64,000 nucleotides of DNA from Ruminococcus sp. (GCA_045130495.1 JBGUPW010000032.1:2802-66801), one strand, 5' to 3'; positions 9,599 through 20,806 are shown, counted from the stretch's first letter. Program-made: numbers and translations. The notes: a model not told the origin generated them from the sequence alone.

Positions 9599-12500
9599 AT
9601 GCAAAAGAAAACCATCTCAATTGCGCTTTGTTTTGCCATGCTGTTGACGATAATCGTATGCGCGGTTCCGACGAACGCGGCGACGATCGACTCTCAGCCG
9701 ACATCACTCAGCAAAATTGAAAGTGCCGACGATTTCTCTTGGGACAACGTCAATATGTACTTTCTTTTAACCGACCGTTTTTATAACGGCAACACCTCAA
9801 ACGACCACTCATACGGACGCGCACTCGACGCTAACGGAAATCCGCTCAGCGGCTGGAACACCGCTCCCGGAACCTTCCACGGCGGCGACTTCGCGGGTAT
9901 CACACAGAAAATCAACGAAGGATACTTTGACAACATGGGCGTAAACGCCATTTGGATCTCCGCTCCATATGAGCAGATCCACGGCTATGTTGACTCGGGC
10001 GACGATCATTTCGCTCACTATTCCTATCACGGCTATTATGTTCTTGACTACACCGAGCCCGACGCGAACTTCGGTACAAGGCAGGAGTTCAAGACCATGG
10101 TAGACACCGCACACTCTCACGGTATCCGCGTTGTACTGGACGTTGTTATGAACCATGCAGGCTATAATAACCTGCTCGACATGGAGGAGTACAACTACGG
10201 TACCCTCAAATCCGGTTATCAGCAGTATAAGTATCAGCTCACAAACGCGGGTGCATTCCACAGCTATGTAGACTATGAGTCCAGCGCCGGCGATTGGGGT
10301 CGCTGGTGGGGCGACGGCTGGGTACGCAGCGGTCTTCCCGGATACCACGACGGCAGCGGCGGCGACGATCTTCACCAGTGCTTGCAGGGTCTGCCCGACT
10401 TCCGCACCGAATCCACCGCAACCGTTTCCATTCCTACTTTCCTCCAGACAAAGTGGGGCAAGGAAGGTTCTTTGCAGCAGAAGAATTATAAATACGGTAC
10501 GTCCGGCACGGTCTCCGATTATCTCACCACATGGCTTGCAGAGTGGGTCGAGACCTACGGCGTAGACGGCTTCCGCTGCGACACCGCGAAGCACGTTGAG
10601 CTTGCCTCTTGGAAGAAGCTCAAAACAAAGTGCGTTCAGGCTCTCAAAACATGGAGACAGAACAACCCGACAGCGGTCGGCGCAGACTGGGACGAAGACT
10701 TCTGGATGACCGGCGAATGCTGGGGCTATCAGAGCGGCTACGGTTCCTACTACACCGACGGCGGCTTTGACTCGATGATCAGCTTCAAGATCACAGGCGC
10801 TGTTTCGTCCAATCCTTCCGGTATGCCCGGCGTTGACAGCATCAACGGCTTATATTCCTCCTATGCTGCCGACATCAACTCCAACCCCAACTACAACCTG
10901 CTCACATACATCTCTTCACACGATACGGGTCTTGCAAGACAGAATCCATATTGGCAGGGCACGGCTCTCCAGTTGCTGCCCGGCGGCATACAGATATTCT
11001 ACGGCGACGAAACCTCGCGTCCCCTTGTTTCGGGAATCGCGGTTGACGGCGCGGGTCATGCCGTGAGAAGCGACATGAACTTCGGCTCTAACGCCGCGCA
11101 GCTTGCTCACTGGCAGAAGGTCGGCAAGTTCCGTGCAAACCACGTTGCGGTAGGCGCAGGTACACATCAGCAGATTTCCGCCTATAACTCCTCAACCGGC
11201 TACACCTTCTCGCGCTCCTACAGCGACGACAATGTTAACGATGCGGTTGTATGCTGCATAGGTGCTCCCACCAACCAGAATATCGCGGTTGACGTTTCAT
11301 CGGTATTCACCGACGGCAAAACCGTGACCAACGAATACGACGGCACCACAGCTGTTGTTTCCAACGGCAAGGCGAACTTCAACTCAGGCTCTCAGGGCGT
11401 TATCCTTATTTCGGGTCCCCAGTCCACGATCAGTATGTCGCTCAACGGCGCTTATCTGTTTGAGGGCAGCGAGACCGTAACCGTAAGACTTCGCGGCGCC
11501 GATTACGCTATGGCTTCAATCGCAGGCGGCACACCGTTCAGAGTTGTTGACGGTCAGACATTTGAAATTGGCGAAGGCATTGCGGTAGGAACCGAGTTTA
11601 CCGTTACTCTCACCGCCTCTAATTCGAGCGAAACCGTTACAAAGTCCTTCAACTTCAAGAAGAAGGATCCCGACGCGGTGACGACCATCTACTTTGACAA
11701 TTCGAGCTACAACTGGACGCCCGTTAACGCTTATGTTTACGACGAAAGCGGAAGCTCGGTTATTCAAAACGCCAAGTGGCCGGGCGAGCAAATGACGTTT
11801 GATTCAAACCTCAACCTCTACACATACGAAGTACCCGATAATCTCGCAGCAAACGGACTTGTTATTTTCAACAACGGCACAGCGCAGTATCCTTCGGGTC
11901 AGAACGTAAAGGGTCTTGAAATCAACGGAACCAATATGATCCTCAGAGGCACCACTTGGGAGCCTTATTCCGGCGGCAATCCGACACAGCCGACTCAGCC
12001 CACACAGCCGACTCAGCCCACACAGCCCACGCAGCCGCCGACTCAACCCATTCAGCTTCACGATGTTCTGCTCGGCGACGCTAACCGGGATACAAACATC
12101 GACGTTAAGGACGTGACCGCTATCCAGAGACACTGCGCCGAATTTTCCGGCTCCATGCTCACAGGCGATGCGCTTGCCGCAGCTGACACCAATCAGGACA
12201 ACAGCGTTAACATCAAGGACGCTACCATGATTCAGATTTATCTTATCGAGATGATCAACAGCGAGAACCACACCGGCGAAACCATTCAGGTAGGCGAGCC
12301 TGTAACCACGCCGACAACACCGACAACGCCCACCACACCAACTACACAGCCTGCTCCGACCACACAGCCCACCACGGCTCCGCCGTCAGGAGTGAAGCTG
12401 AACGCGAGTGCTCTCGCAACCACCGATGCCGGCAATCCTGCCGATTACTGGGCATGGACATGGGGAGCTGACGGCGTGGGTTCATGGGTTAGCGGAACCG

Positions 12501-12697
12501 GAAATGTGTCGTCGATATCTTTCACAGGATTGAAAGCTAACGTGTTGTTCGTCAGAGTGCCTAAGGGTGCACAGCCGACATGGGACGTTAATATCTGGGG
12601 AAAGACAGATAACCAGACAACGCCTGCAAGCGGCACGTTTGTACTAACAGGATACAGACAGGGCGCCGAGGGCATTCTGGACGGTTCGTGGCAGTAA
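9599..12697 (+). CDS. Secreted GH13 alpha-amylase with CBM26-like module, dockerin and an extra C-terminal module
   Basis: Signal peptide, GH13 motifs DVVMNH, DGFRCDTAKH, WMTGEC and YISSHD, CBM26-like TIYFDNSSYNW...AKWPG, PTQ linker, and duplicated dockerin loops GDANRDTNIDVKD / ADTNQDNSVNIKD. Confidence 0.9.
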   Translation: MQKKTISIALCFAMLLTIIVCAVPTNAATIDSQPTSLSKIESADDFSWDNVNMYFLLTDRFYNGNTSNDHSYGRALDANGNPLSGWNTAPGTFHGGDFAGITQKINEGYFDNMGVNAIWISAPYEQIHGYVDSGDDHFAHYSYHGYYVLDYTEPDANFGTRQEFKTMVDTAHSHGIRVVLDVVMNHAGYNNLLDMEEYNYGTLKSGYQQYKYQLTNAGAFHSYVDYESSAGDWGRWWGDGWVRSGLPGYHDGSGGDDLHQCLQGLPDFRTESTATVSIPTFLQTKWGKEGSLQQKNYKYGTSGTVSDYLTTWLAEWVETYGVDGFRCDTAKHVELASWKKLKTKCVQALKTWRQNNPTAVGADWDEDFWMTGECWGYQSGYGSYYTDGGFDSMISFKITGAVSSNPSGMPGVDSINGLYSSYAADINSNPNYNLLTYISSHDTGLARQNPYWQGTALQLLPGGIQIFYGDETSRPLVSGIAVDGAGHAVRSDMNFGSNAAQLAHWQKVGKFRANHVAVGAGTHQQISAYNSSTGYTFSRSYSDDNVNDAVVCCIGAPTNQNIAVDVSSVFTDGKTVTNEYDGTTAVVSNGKANFNSGSQGVILISGPQSTISMSLNGAYLFEGSETVTVRLRGADYAMASIAGGTPFRVVDGQTFEIGEGIAVGTEFTVTLTASNSSETVTKSFNFKKKDPDAVTTIYFDNSSYNWTPVNAYVYDESGSSVIQNAKWPGEQMTFDSNLNLYTYEVPDNLAANGLVIFNNGTAQYPSGQNVKGLEINGTNMILRGTTWEPYSGGNPTQPTQPTQPTQPTQPTQPPTQPIQLHDVLLGDANRDTNIDVKDVTAIQRHCAEFSGSMLTGDALAAADTNQDNSVNIKDATMIQIYLIEMINSENHTGETIQVGEPVTTPTTPTTPTTPTTQPAPTTQPTTAPPSGVKLNASALATTDAGNPADYWAWTWGADGVGSWVSGTGNVSSISFTGLKANVLFVRVPKGAQPTWDVNIWGKTDNQTTPASGTFVLTGYRQGAEGILDGSWQ

Positions 12698-12767
12698 GCC
12701 AAAAAACGAATTAAAACAGAATTACAGGGCTGTCAAATTAAGCCCCACTAAAAACAAGACAAAACAA

Positions 12768-12800
12768 GAGACCGAGTAGCCCGAAAGGGTTACCCGGTCT
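12768..12800. terminator. Hairpin between convergent amylase and rfbB genes
   Basis: agaccgagtagccc-gaaa-gggttacccggtct. Confidence 0.65.
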
Positions 12801-12907
12801 TATTTATCTTTTTTGGGGAACTTAGTGTAAAGCACCTTTGTCGGATGTAAAATTAACAAATTAATTGCCCTGCGGCATGAAATGATCGATGCTGTTATTC
12901 CTTTTTG

Positions 12908-13966
12908 TTATTTCTTTGCCTGAGTATACATATTGTCGTAATAATTCATGTACGCGCCCGAGGTGATCTTTTCCATCCATTCCTCGTTGTTGAGATACCA
13001 CTCGATCGTCTCGGCGATTCCCTGCTCAAAGGTGTAAGCGGGCGCCCAGCCGAGCTGTGTTGTTATCTTCGTGTTGTCGATGGCGTAGCGTCTGTCGTGA
13101 CCGGGGCGATCCTTGACGTACTGAATTAGATCCTCGCTCTTGCCGAGGGTCTTGATGATCAGCTTGACGATCTCGATGTTGGCCTTCTCGTTGTTTCCGC
13201 CGATGTTGTAAACCTCGCCGATAACGCCCTTGTGGAGCACAGTGTCGATTGCGGCGCAGTGGTCGGAAACGTGCAGCCAGTCGCGGATCTGCATTCCGTC
13301 GCCGTAAACAGGCAGAGGCTTGCCCGTTTTGCAGTTGTTTATCATAAGAGGAATGAGCTTTTCGGGGAACTGATAGGGACCGTAGTTGTTGGAGCAGCGG
13401 GTGATGTTCACGGGCATACCGAAGGTCTCGTGATATGCGCGCACAACCATGTCGGCGCTCGCCTTTGAAGCGGAATAGGGGCTGTTGGGGGAGAGGGGAG
13501 TCGTTTCCACAAACATTCCCGTTTTGCCCAGTGCGCCGTAAACCTCGTCGGTCGAAACCTGCAAATACTTCACGCCTTCCTTGTATTCGCGTGAATATTT
13601 ATCGTCGGGTGCGGTCTTCCAAAAGCTTTTGGCTACGTCCAGAAGAGTCTGCGTGCCTATAACGTTTGTGGTGAGGAAGATCTCGGGCTCGGTTATAGAG
13701 CGGTCAACGTGAGATTCGGCGGCAAAGTTCACCACGGTGTCGATATCGTACTTCTCAAATATTTCGGTCAAAGCCGCTCTGTCGCGGATATCCGCTTTAA
13801 TAAAGGTGTAACGCGGGTCGTTCTCTACGTCCTTGAGGTTGTCAAGATTGCCCGCGTAGGTGAGCGCGTCGATGTTTATGATGTTGTAGTCGTGACGGCT
13901 GAGCATAAGATGAACGAAATTGGAGCCGATAAAGCCCGCGCCGCCTGTTACCAGAATGTTTTTCAT
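12908..13966 (-). CDS. rfbB: dTDP-glucose 4,6-dehydratase
   Basis: MKNILVTGGAGFIG, FAAESHVDRSI, STDEVYG, YSASK, GHDRRY. Confidence 0.95.
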   Translation of the reverse strand: MKNILVTGGAGFIGSNFVHLMLSRHDYNIINIDALTYAGNLDNLKDVENDPRYTFIKADIRDRAALTEIFEKYDIDTVVNFAAESHVDRSITEPEIFLTTNVIGTQTLLDVAKSFWKTAPDDKYSREYKEGVKYLQVSTDEVYGALGKTGMFVETTPLSPNSPYSASKASADMVVRAYHETFGMPVNITRCSNNYGPYQFPEKLIPLMINNCKTGKPLPVYGDGMQIRDWLHVSDHCAAIDTVLHKGVIGEVYNIGGNNEKANIEIVKLIIKTLGKSEDLIQYVKDRPGHDRRYAIDNTKITTQLGWAPAYTFEQGIAETIEWYLNNEEWMEKITSGAYMNYYDNMYTQAKK

Positions 13967-13985
13967 AGTTTTACTCTCCCTCTTG

Positions 13986-14855
13986 TTAAATAGATTCCGC
14001 AAGGCTGATCAAATACTGACCGTAATCGGTCATTTTAAGCTCTTCGCCCAGCTTCCTGAGCTGTTCGGTGGTTATAAAGCCTTTGCGCCATGCAATTTCC
14101 TCAATGCAGCTTATATACATTCCCTGCATAGTTTGAATAGTTTCCACATACTCGGCTGCTCTGAGCAGACCTGTTGGTGTACCCGTGTCGAGCCAAGCCA
14201 TTCCTCTGCCCAACAGCAAAACGTCTAACTCGCCGTTTTCAAGGTAAAGGCTGTTGATAGAGGAGATTTCAAGCTCACCGCGCGCCGAGGGCTCAATGCT
14301 CTTGGCGTATTCAATAACCTTGTTGTCGTAGAAATACAGACCGGGCACCGCGTATCTCGATTTCGGCTTTTTCGGCTTTTCCTCAATTGAAATCACCCTG
14401 CCGTTTTCGTCGAACTCAACCACGCCGAAGTCGCGGGGGTTCATAACAGGATAACCGAACACGGTGGCGCCGCTCGATTTTTCGCGTGCCTTCAAAAGAA
14501 TATTTGGGAAAGATGATCCGTAAAATACATTGTCACCCAAAATCAGGCACACGCTGTCGTCGCCTATGAACTCCTCGCCGATGATGAACGCCTGAGCCAA
14601 GCCCTTAGGCTCCTCCTGAACCGCGTATTGAAGCGAGATCCCGATTCTGGAGCCGTCGCCGAGAAGTTCCCGGTACATGGGCGTGTCCTCCGGTGTGGAG
14701 ATTATCAAAATATCGGTGATGTTTGCAAGCATAAGAATTGAAAGCGGGTAATAAATGAGCGGCTTGTCATAGACAGGCAGCAGCTGCTTTGAAACCGTCT
14801 TTGTCATCGGATAAAGCCTTGTGCCGCGTCCGCCCGCGAGAATTATTCCTTTCAT
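13986..14855 (-). CDS. rfbA: Glucose-1-phosphate thymidylyltransferase
   Basis: [36 protein letters not shown]. Confidence 0.95.
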   Translation of the reverse strand: MKGIILAGGRGTRLYPMTKTVSKQLLPVYDKPLIYYPLSILMLANITDILIISTPEDTPMYRELLGDGSRIGISLQYAVQEEPKGLAQAFIIGEEFIGDDSVCLILGDNVFYGSSFPNILLKAREKSSGATVFGYPVMNPRDFGVVEFDENGRVISIEEKPKKPKSRYAVPGLYFYDNKVIEYAKSIEPSARGELEISSINSLYLENGELDVLLLGRGMAWLDTGTPTGLLRAAEYVETIQTMQGMYISCIEEIAWRKGFITTEQLRKLGEELKMTDYGQYLISLAESI

Positions 14856-14982
14856 AGCTAAAGCTCCTTGTAATTGGTTTTTTATTATATCGGAAATATC
14901 GGAAACTTCGATTACCCGCCGTTGAGGAACGCATTGAAGAACGAACGTTCCCGAAGGCGGGAGTGAACGTCCACCGCCGCTT

Positions 14983-16434
14983 TTATGAGTAAATCTTATT
15001 CGCGCTCATGGCGAAAAGATAAAGAGTGAACGCGGCGAACGGCAGAATTATCAACATACGCGCCCAAGCGATAACGCGGACGTTTTGCGGCCCCTTGATT
15101 TTGAGGTTCACACGCTTTTCGGGATGATTCAGCGCGAGCAGCAGCACCGCGCTTATAATGGCGACGCCGGAGAACAACGGCTGCATCTTTTCCCAGAGTG
15201 GGTTATTTTCATAAATATAGTTGTCTATATTGGCGTACTTGCTTTTTTCGTCATACTTGACGGTATATCCGAAAAACCGCTGAACCACTGACTTGTTTAC
15301 AAAGTCAACGCGGAACAAATTCGACGCTCGCAGTATCATCTTTATCAGCATGGTAAACTGCATTGCAAAGTCAAACAGCGCGTTGTAGAAGCGGTTGTCG
15401 TCGTTCTGAATAAGCACAATGTAAAGGAACGGCGTAAGAAGCGCAAGACGGTAGAACGAAAACGGAGAAAACGCCAGATAGCAGGTGTAAGTGACGGTGA
15501 TCATATAAACGACATATTTGCTTGCCATGCATCCGCTGTTTTCATAGTCGGAATTTTTAAAGTCACGCGAGTAGCAGTATAAGTAAATAAGCACAAGAGC
15601 TATCGCGAAGAACGAGATACCGCCGAAGCTTGTACTGAGATTTGACGGGAACATTTCTTCAAGCATCTGCTTTGCGGGTCCGGAATTCATGGATTCCTCG
15701 TAGCCCGGCGCGCCTCTGAAAAACAGCTTTTGCACCAGCAGACCCGACGAAGCGATCACCGTCTTAACGAAAAGGCGCAGAATGTTCTTTTCGGTTATCA
15801 TCAACGCTGCCAGGAAAGGAAGCAGGAAAAACGGCTTGATGGAAATGGCGAGCACCGACCACGCTATAAATGCTTTGTGCTTGTTTTTCAGCAGGCAGTT
15901 TATTGCCAGCATTGACGCCGCGATCATCAGAATATCATTCTGTCCCGAATAGCAGACAGACAGGTAAATATACGTTGAGCTTGCTGTCAGGAACATTACC
16001 CACACGCTCTTGGTTTTGTCGCCCGTGATACGCATTGTGATTTTTTTTGCGTAAATAAGCACGATGACCGTGACGACGACCAAAAAGAACTTGGAATAAG
16101 CGAGCATGAGCGCGGAGCTCATTATGGGTTTTCCGAAAAACCGCTGTATTATCCAGATAGGAATATTCCATATGGACCACGGCAGCACCGACATAAGCTC
16201 GCTGCCCATGTGCGCGTGGTGAACATGGTTCACGTTTTGGGCTGTAAAGGCGTAAAACTCGCGGAACCTGCCGTCGGCGATGCTGTCCCACACATTGGTT
16301 GACCAAATCGTAAGGCTTTGGGTGTCCCATGTGGAGGAGGTTAAAAATACAAACATTCCGGTGACTATCGCGATTATCCACTCGGCGAGATAAACCTTGT
16401 CGCTTCGATACATATTTAAAAATTTTTCTTTCAC
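14983..16434 (-). CDS. Polytopic membrane protein, probable GT-C fold glycosyltransferase
   Basis: About 11-13 hydrophobic segments, an N-terminal loop with Asp (WDTQSL), and GQNDIL and SIKPF motifs typical of GT87-like enzymes. GTG start after GGAG. Operon context fits. Confidence 0.55.
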   Translation of the reverse strand: MKEKFLNMYRSDKVYLAEWIIAIVTGMFVFLTSSTWDTQSLTIWSTNVWDSIADGRFREFYAFTAQNVNHVHHAHMGSELMSVLPWSIWNIPIWIIQRFFGKPIMSSALMLAYSKFFLVVVTVIVLIYAKKITMRITGDKTKSVWVMFLTASSTYIYLSVCYSGQNDILMIAASMLAINCLLKNKHKAFIAWSVLAISIKPFFLLPFLAALMITEKNILRLFVKTVIASSGLLVQKLFFRGAPGYEESMNSGPAKQMLEEMFPSNLSTSFGGISFFAIALVLIYLYCYSRDFKNSDYENSGCMASKYVVYMITVTYTCYLAFSPFSFYRLALLTPFLYIVLIQNDDNRFYNALFDFAMQFTMLIKMILRASNLFRVDFVNKSVVQRFFGYTVKYDEKSKYANIDNYIYENNPLWEKMQPLFSGVAIISAVLLLALNHPEKRVNLKIKGPQNVRVIAWARMLIILPFAAFTLYLFAMSANKIYS

Positions 16435-16466
16435 TTTAACAAAACACTCCAAACCGCCGCCTGTAA

Positions 16467-16838
16467 TCAAAAGGGAAGGTAGCCGCCCAGCGAAAACAGG
16501 GCGATACCGCACATCAGCACGATCATTCCGATAACCTTTTTGACGGTGAATTTTTCCTTGAGAAATATAAATCCGAGCACCGCCACAAAAATATATCCTG
16601 CGCTCTCAAAAATGGGACCTGCGGACACATCCACGAATTTGTAGCAGTACATTGTTATCAGCATAGAACAGAAGAACATTCCGTAGGCGATCAAAACAAG
16701 CGGATTAAGATATTCTTTTATTTTGCTGTCGTATATTTTGTCGGCGCTTTTTTTCAGCAATATCTGTGATACGGACGAAATGAACACCGAAACCAAAAAT
16801 ACGCATGAAAAAACCGTTACAAGCTGTTCGTTACTCAT
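16467..16838 (-). CDS. Small EamA/SMR-type (ArnE/F-like) flippase subunit
   Basis: 4 TM segments, SQILLKKSA, FLKEKFT. Confidence 0.7.
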   Translation of the reverse strand: MSNEQLVTVFSCVFLVSVFISSVSQILLKKSADKIYDSKIKEYLNPLVLIAYGMFFCSMLITMYCYKFVDVSAGPIFESAGYIFVAVLGFIFLKEKFTVKKVIGMIVLMCGIALFSLGGYLPF

Positions 16839-17190
16839 TGTTCGACACCACCAATACAACGCCCGCGAAAACGATTATCGAGCCGACTATTTTATACCAT
16901 GTGATGTTGTCCCCGAGAAACAGCGCACCCCAAAGCATACCCCATGCTATGCAGATAGCCTTGTTGGTGAACGCCACGGTGAGCGGCAGCTTTTTGAGCA
17001 CCTGCTGCCAGAGAATAGCGTAAATCCCCAAAAACATTACCGCAAGCCCTGCGAACAGAAGAAAATAAAACGAGAGGAAGTCGTTATTAAAGGCGAGCTT
17101 CATAAACACGCCGACAAACGAATACAAAAGCAGTATCGCGTGAAGCACCGCATAGGTTTTTATGTCAAATTTTTTCTTGTTATTATCCAT
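16831..17190 (-). CDS. Small EamA/SMR-type (ArnE/F-like) flippase subunit
   Basis: 4 TM segments, YAILWQQVLKKLPLTVAF. Overlaps its partner gene. Confidence 0.7.
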   Translation of the reverse strand: MDNNKKKFDIKTYAVLHAILLLYSFVGVFMKLAFNNDFLSFYFLLFAGLAVMFLGIYAILWQQVLKKLPLTVAFTNKAICIAWGMLWGALFLGDNITWYKIVGSIIVFAGVVLVVSNNE

Positions 17191-18124
17191 GTTTTTCGTC
17201 CTCAAAGCCTATCCTGTCACGGATAACAAACTGCGGAGCGCGGTTTATGCTCAGGTATATTCTTCCCACATATTCGCCCACCATGCCCAGCATAAGCATT
17301 ATCATGCCGCCGAGGAACAGCAATGCCGCCATTGTTGAGCTCCAGCCCAACAGCGATTCGGGTACGACTATTTTATGTATTATTACATAGATGCCGAACA
17401 GAAAGCCTGCAGCGGCTGTGATAAAGCCGAGGAAGGTGGCGAAGCGCAGCGGCTTGACCGAGAAAGAGGTGAAGCCGTTTATCCAAAGAAGAAGCAGTTT
17501 TTTCAGACTGTAGCCCGAGGAGCCCTCGACGCGCTCTCTGTGGTTGACCTCGACGTTTGTAACCTTTTTTGTGGCGCGCAGCAGAAGTCCGCTCATGTAC
17601 GGGTAGGGGTTTTCATAGCGTAATACTTCATCTACCACGTATCGGCGGCAGGCGAAGTAGCTCATTATTTTCAGGTCCTTCGGTTTGCTCAGCAGCCAGC
17701 ACGCCATCATGTCGTTGACCTTGCTGCCGAAGTTGCGGAAGCCCGAATGCTGCTTGTTTTTATACTCGGCAAACACCAAATCGAAGTCGCCGAGCTTGTC
17801 TATCAGCTTGAATACCTCGTTGGCGGGGGTTTGTCCGTCATCGTCAAGGCAAACCACGATGTCGCCCGTAAGATATGTAAAGCCCGCCATTATCGCCGAA
17901 TGCTGACCGAAGTTGCGGGACAAATCAAGCCCCTTGACGCGCGGATTTGCCTTTGACAGCGCCTTTATCGTGTCAATAACGCGGTCGGGCGAGTTGTCGT
18001 TAATAAGAATGATTTCATAATCGTAGCCGCCGTGCCCGGTGACGGTGTCAACGATCTCGTCAACCACGCCGCCGACTGTGTTTTCGGAACCGTAACACGG
18101 AATTACAAATGAAATTTTTTTCAT
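17183..18124 (-). CDS. GT2 undecaprenyl-phosphate glycosyltransferase (ArnC/GtrB-like)
   Basis: ISFVIPCY, NDNSPD, RNFGQHSA, LDDDGQ and two C-terminal TM helices. Confidence 0.9.
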   Translation of the reverse strand: MKKISFVIPCYGSENTVGGVVDEIVDTVTGHGGYDYEIILINDNSPDRVIDTIKALSKANPRVKGLDLSRNFGQHSAIMAGFTYLTGDIVVCLDDDGQTPANEVFKLIDKLGDFDLVFAEYKNKQHSGFRNFGSKVNDMMACWLLSKPKDLKIMSYFACRRYVVDEVLRYENPYPYMSGLLLRATKKVTNVEVNHRERVEGSSGYSLKKLLLLWINGFTSFSVKPLRFATFLGFITAAAGFLFGIYVIIHKIVVPESLLGWSSTMAALLFLGGMIMLMLGMVGEYVGRIYLSINRAPQFVIRDRIGFEDEKHG

Positions 18125-18127
18125 TTA

Positions 18128-18679
18128 TCATTCACCCTTTTTCAAATTATCCCAATCGGCGCGAAGTATTCCCATGAACACCATGTCGTACCCGACGCCG
18201 TCTATAATAACGTCCTCTCTGAAAGTACCCTCATATTTAAAGCCCGCGTTTTCATAGCTTTTAACAGCGCGGGTGTTGTCGGCGAACACGCGCAGGAACA
18301 CGCGGTTCAGACCGAGCTGCTCAAATGCGTATTCCAAAGCGAGCTTAGCCGCAGCAGAGCCAATTCCCTTGCCTCTGCACGAGTCTTCGCCGATGAAAAT
18401 GCCGTACTCGCATTTTTTGTTGACGGGGTCAATGTCGCGCAGATAAACCGAGCCGACCTCCTCGCCCGTTTCGTTGTCGGTGATCATAAACTGAGCCACC
18501 TCTCCGGTCTGAACGCGGTTGCGGTACCAGTTGAGGTGTCCCTCTGCGGTCAGCGGCGTTCTGTATATAAAATGTTCCATAACAGACGGTGCGTTGCGCC
18601 ACATCACGATTTTGTCTGTGTCTGCCTCTGTTATCGGGCGTATGGATGCGCCGTGCTTTTTGCTTGTTTTGTTTTGCAT
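18128..18679 (-). CDS. GNAT N-acetyltransferase (nucleotide-amino-sugar acetylase-like)
   Basis: RGKGIG acetyl-CoA motif, YENAGFKYEG. Adjacent to the sugar aminotransferase. Confidence 0.8.
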   Translation of the reverse strand: MQNKTSKKHGASIRPITEADTDKIVMWRNAPSVMEHFIYRTPLTAEGHLNWYRNRVQTGEVAQFMITDNETGEEVGSVYLRDIDPVNKKCEYGIFIGEDSCRGKGIGSAAAKLALEYAFEQLGLNRVFLRVFADNTRAVKSYENAGFKYEGTFREDVIIDGVGYDMVFMGILRADWDNLKKGE

Positions 18680-18683
18680 ATTA

Positions 18684-19835
18684 TCAGCCCTTGTAGAACT
18701 TAATTACGGTGTCAATTACCTTGTTTATGTCGCTGTCGCTCAGTCCGTAGTACATCGGAAGCCTGAGCAGCCTGTCGGATTCTTTTGTGGTGTATTCGTC
18801 CTCGCCGTGGAAAATGCCGAACTTCTTTCCGGCAGGGGCGTTGTGAAGCGGAATATAGTGGAAAACCGCAAGGATACCGTTTTCCTTGAGGAAAGAGATA
18901 AGCTTGGTTCTTTCGTCGAGATCCTTTGCTTTGAGGTAGAACATATGCGCGTTGTGTTTGCACTCGGCAGGGATTATCGGGCGCTGAACAAAGCCTTTGT
19001 TTTCAAGCTCCTCAAACGCCTTATAATATTTGTTCCAAGAAGCGAGACGGTCGTTGTTTACTTTGTCAGCCTCCTGAAGCTGCGCCCAAAGATAGGCGGC
19101 GTTCAGGTCGCTCGGCAGATAGGACGAGCCTTGATCTACCCAGGTGTATTTATCTATCTGACCGCGCAGGAACACGCTGCGGTTTGTGCCTTTTTCGCGG
19201 ATGATCTCGGCTTCCTCGATTTTGGCAGGGTCCTTGATAAGCAGCGCTCCGCCCTCGCCCATGCTGTAGTTTTTGGTTTCGTGGAAGGAATAGCAGCCGA
19301 AGTCGCCGATCGTTCCGAGAGCTCTGCCCTTGTATTCCGACATGATCCCCTGAGCTGCGTCCTCAACGACTTTCAGATCATATTTTTCGGCTATTGCCAA
19401 AATGGTATCCATTTCGCAGGAAACACCGGCGTAATGCACGGGGACTATCGCCTTTGTTTTTTCGGTGATCGCGTCCTCGATTTTAGTTTCATCTATATTC
19501 AGGGTGTCGGGACGGATATCGACAAACACCAGCTTCGCACCGCGCAGTACAAACGCGTCTGCGGTTGAGCAGAAGGTGTACGATGGCATAATAACCTCGT
19601 CGCCGGGCTGAATGCCGAGCAGCAGCGCCGACATTTCAAGTGCGTGTGTGCATGAAGTGGTCAGCAGCGCTTTGGGAGTACCTGTTTTGTCCTCGATCCA
19701 CTTGTTGCACTTGGCGGTAAAGGGACCGTCGCCGCAAATTTTGTGGTTTTTAATGGCTTCGCTTATGTAACCGGTTTCGGGTCCTAAGAACGGAGGTACG
19801 TTAAACGGGATCATAAAGTTTCCTGTCTTACTCAT
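18684..19835 (-). CDS. rffA: dTDP-4-amino-4,6-dideoxygalactose transaminase
   Basis: MIPFNVP, TTSCTHALEM, SFHETKN, EKGTNR, DKYTWVD.GSSYLPS (WecE-type). Confidence 0.9.
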   Translation of the reverse strand: MSKTGNFMIPFNVPPFLGPETGYISEAIKNHKICGDGPFTAKCNKWIEDKTGTPKALLTTSCTHALEMSALLLGIQPGDEVIMPSYTFCSTADAFVLRGAKLVFVDIRPDTLNIDETKIEDAITEKTKAIVPVHYAGVSCEMDTILAIAEKYDLKVVEDAAQGIMSEYKGRALGTIGDFGCYSFHETKNYSMGEGGALLIKDPAKIEEAEIIREKGTNRSVFLRGQIDKYTWVDQGSSYLPSDLNAAYLWAQLQEADKVNNDRLASWNKYYKAFEELENKGFVQRPIIPAECKHNAHMFYLKAKDLDERTKLISFLKENGILAVFHYIPLHNAPAGKKFGIFHGEDEYTTKESDRLLRLPMYYGLSDSDINKVIDTVIKFYKG

Positions 19836-20248
19836 TTGGTTCTCCTTTTCAAAAGAAAGAATGTCGGTAGGAGCTGTGCAGAAATAAATTGTGAATTTAT
19901 GCTTGGTATGATTTGATTTGCACAGTGCAAATCAGGCAAGCAGAAATCACAATAAAATGATAAACAGTTCCTTAATAATATCTTATACAGTAATAATTAT
20001 ATTATAAGAAAAAGGAAAAGTCAACCAAACGGGGCTTATATATTTTTTCGATTATAGAAAAAATATAATGTTTGCGCTGCAATTTTGTTAAAAATACAGT
20101 TTAATACTATTTTCAATTAAAAAGCTTTAAAACAAGACGTCAGCGGAGTTTTATGCAACAGGTGTTAAAGGTCTTTATTTGAATATTGCATCAAAGAAAA
20201 GCATCAAAGAAAAAGGCGCGCCCAAAGGCACGCCTGTAGCTTAAAATA

Positions 20249-20806
20249 TTATTCTTCTTCGCCGTAGGAACCCTGTAAAATAGCTTCCTCGGCTTCTTCG
20301 TCGGCTGCTTCCTCGGAGTACATCAAGTCCTCGGTTACGCCGCCCTTTACGATCTTTTCGCTGTCGCCCTCGTCGCTGCTTTCGGGAACGTCGTCATAAG
20401 CAAGCTCAAAGCCGCTTACGAAGCAATAGGGGATACCGTAGCCCAAAGCGACGGCAGCCAGCGAGGTGATGATGCTTATTTGGCTTGTGAGTGGGTCAGC
20501 CGCGAAAACATCGTGCAGCGGCATGAACGTAGCAAGCGACGCAATTATGATAAACAGCGCCGGAAGCACCAGAAAAATCAGAGTGAACGGTGAAAAGCGT
20601 AAAATAGCTTTTCCGTCGCCGACTCTTGTGGCGTAGAACAGCAGCAGTCCGAACACCGCATAAATTGCAATGGAAATAAGCTGACTGAGTGTTGTGTCAA
20701 GTGATGAAGTGAAACCGGCGAAGAAATTAGCGCATATAATAAACGCGATTATCAAAAACGCCGAAAAGAAAAGATTTACGTGTTCCTTTTTACCGGGCTT
20801 TTTCAT
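20249..20806 (-). CDS. Hypothetical membrane protein with acidic C-terminal tail
   Basis: 4 hydrophobic helices. RBS (GGAGG) upstream of ATG 20806. Confidence 0.7.
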   Translation of the reverse strand: MKKPGKKEHVNLFFSAFLIIAFIICANFFAGFTSSLDTTLSQLISIAIYAVFGLLLFYATRVGDGKAILRFSPFTLIFLVLPALFIIIASLATFMPLHDVFAADPLTSQISIITSLAAVALGYGIPYCFVSGFELAYDDVPESSDEGDSEKIVKGGVTEDLMYSEEAADEEAEEAILQGSYGEEE

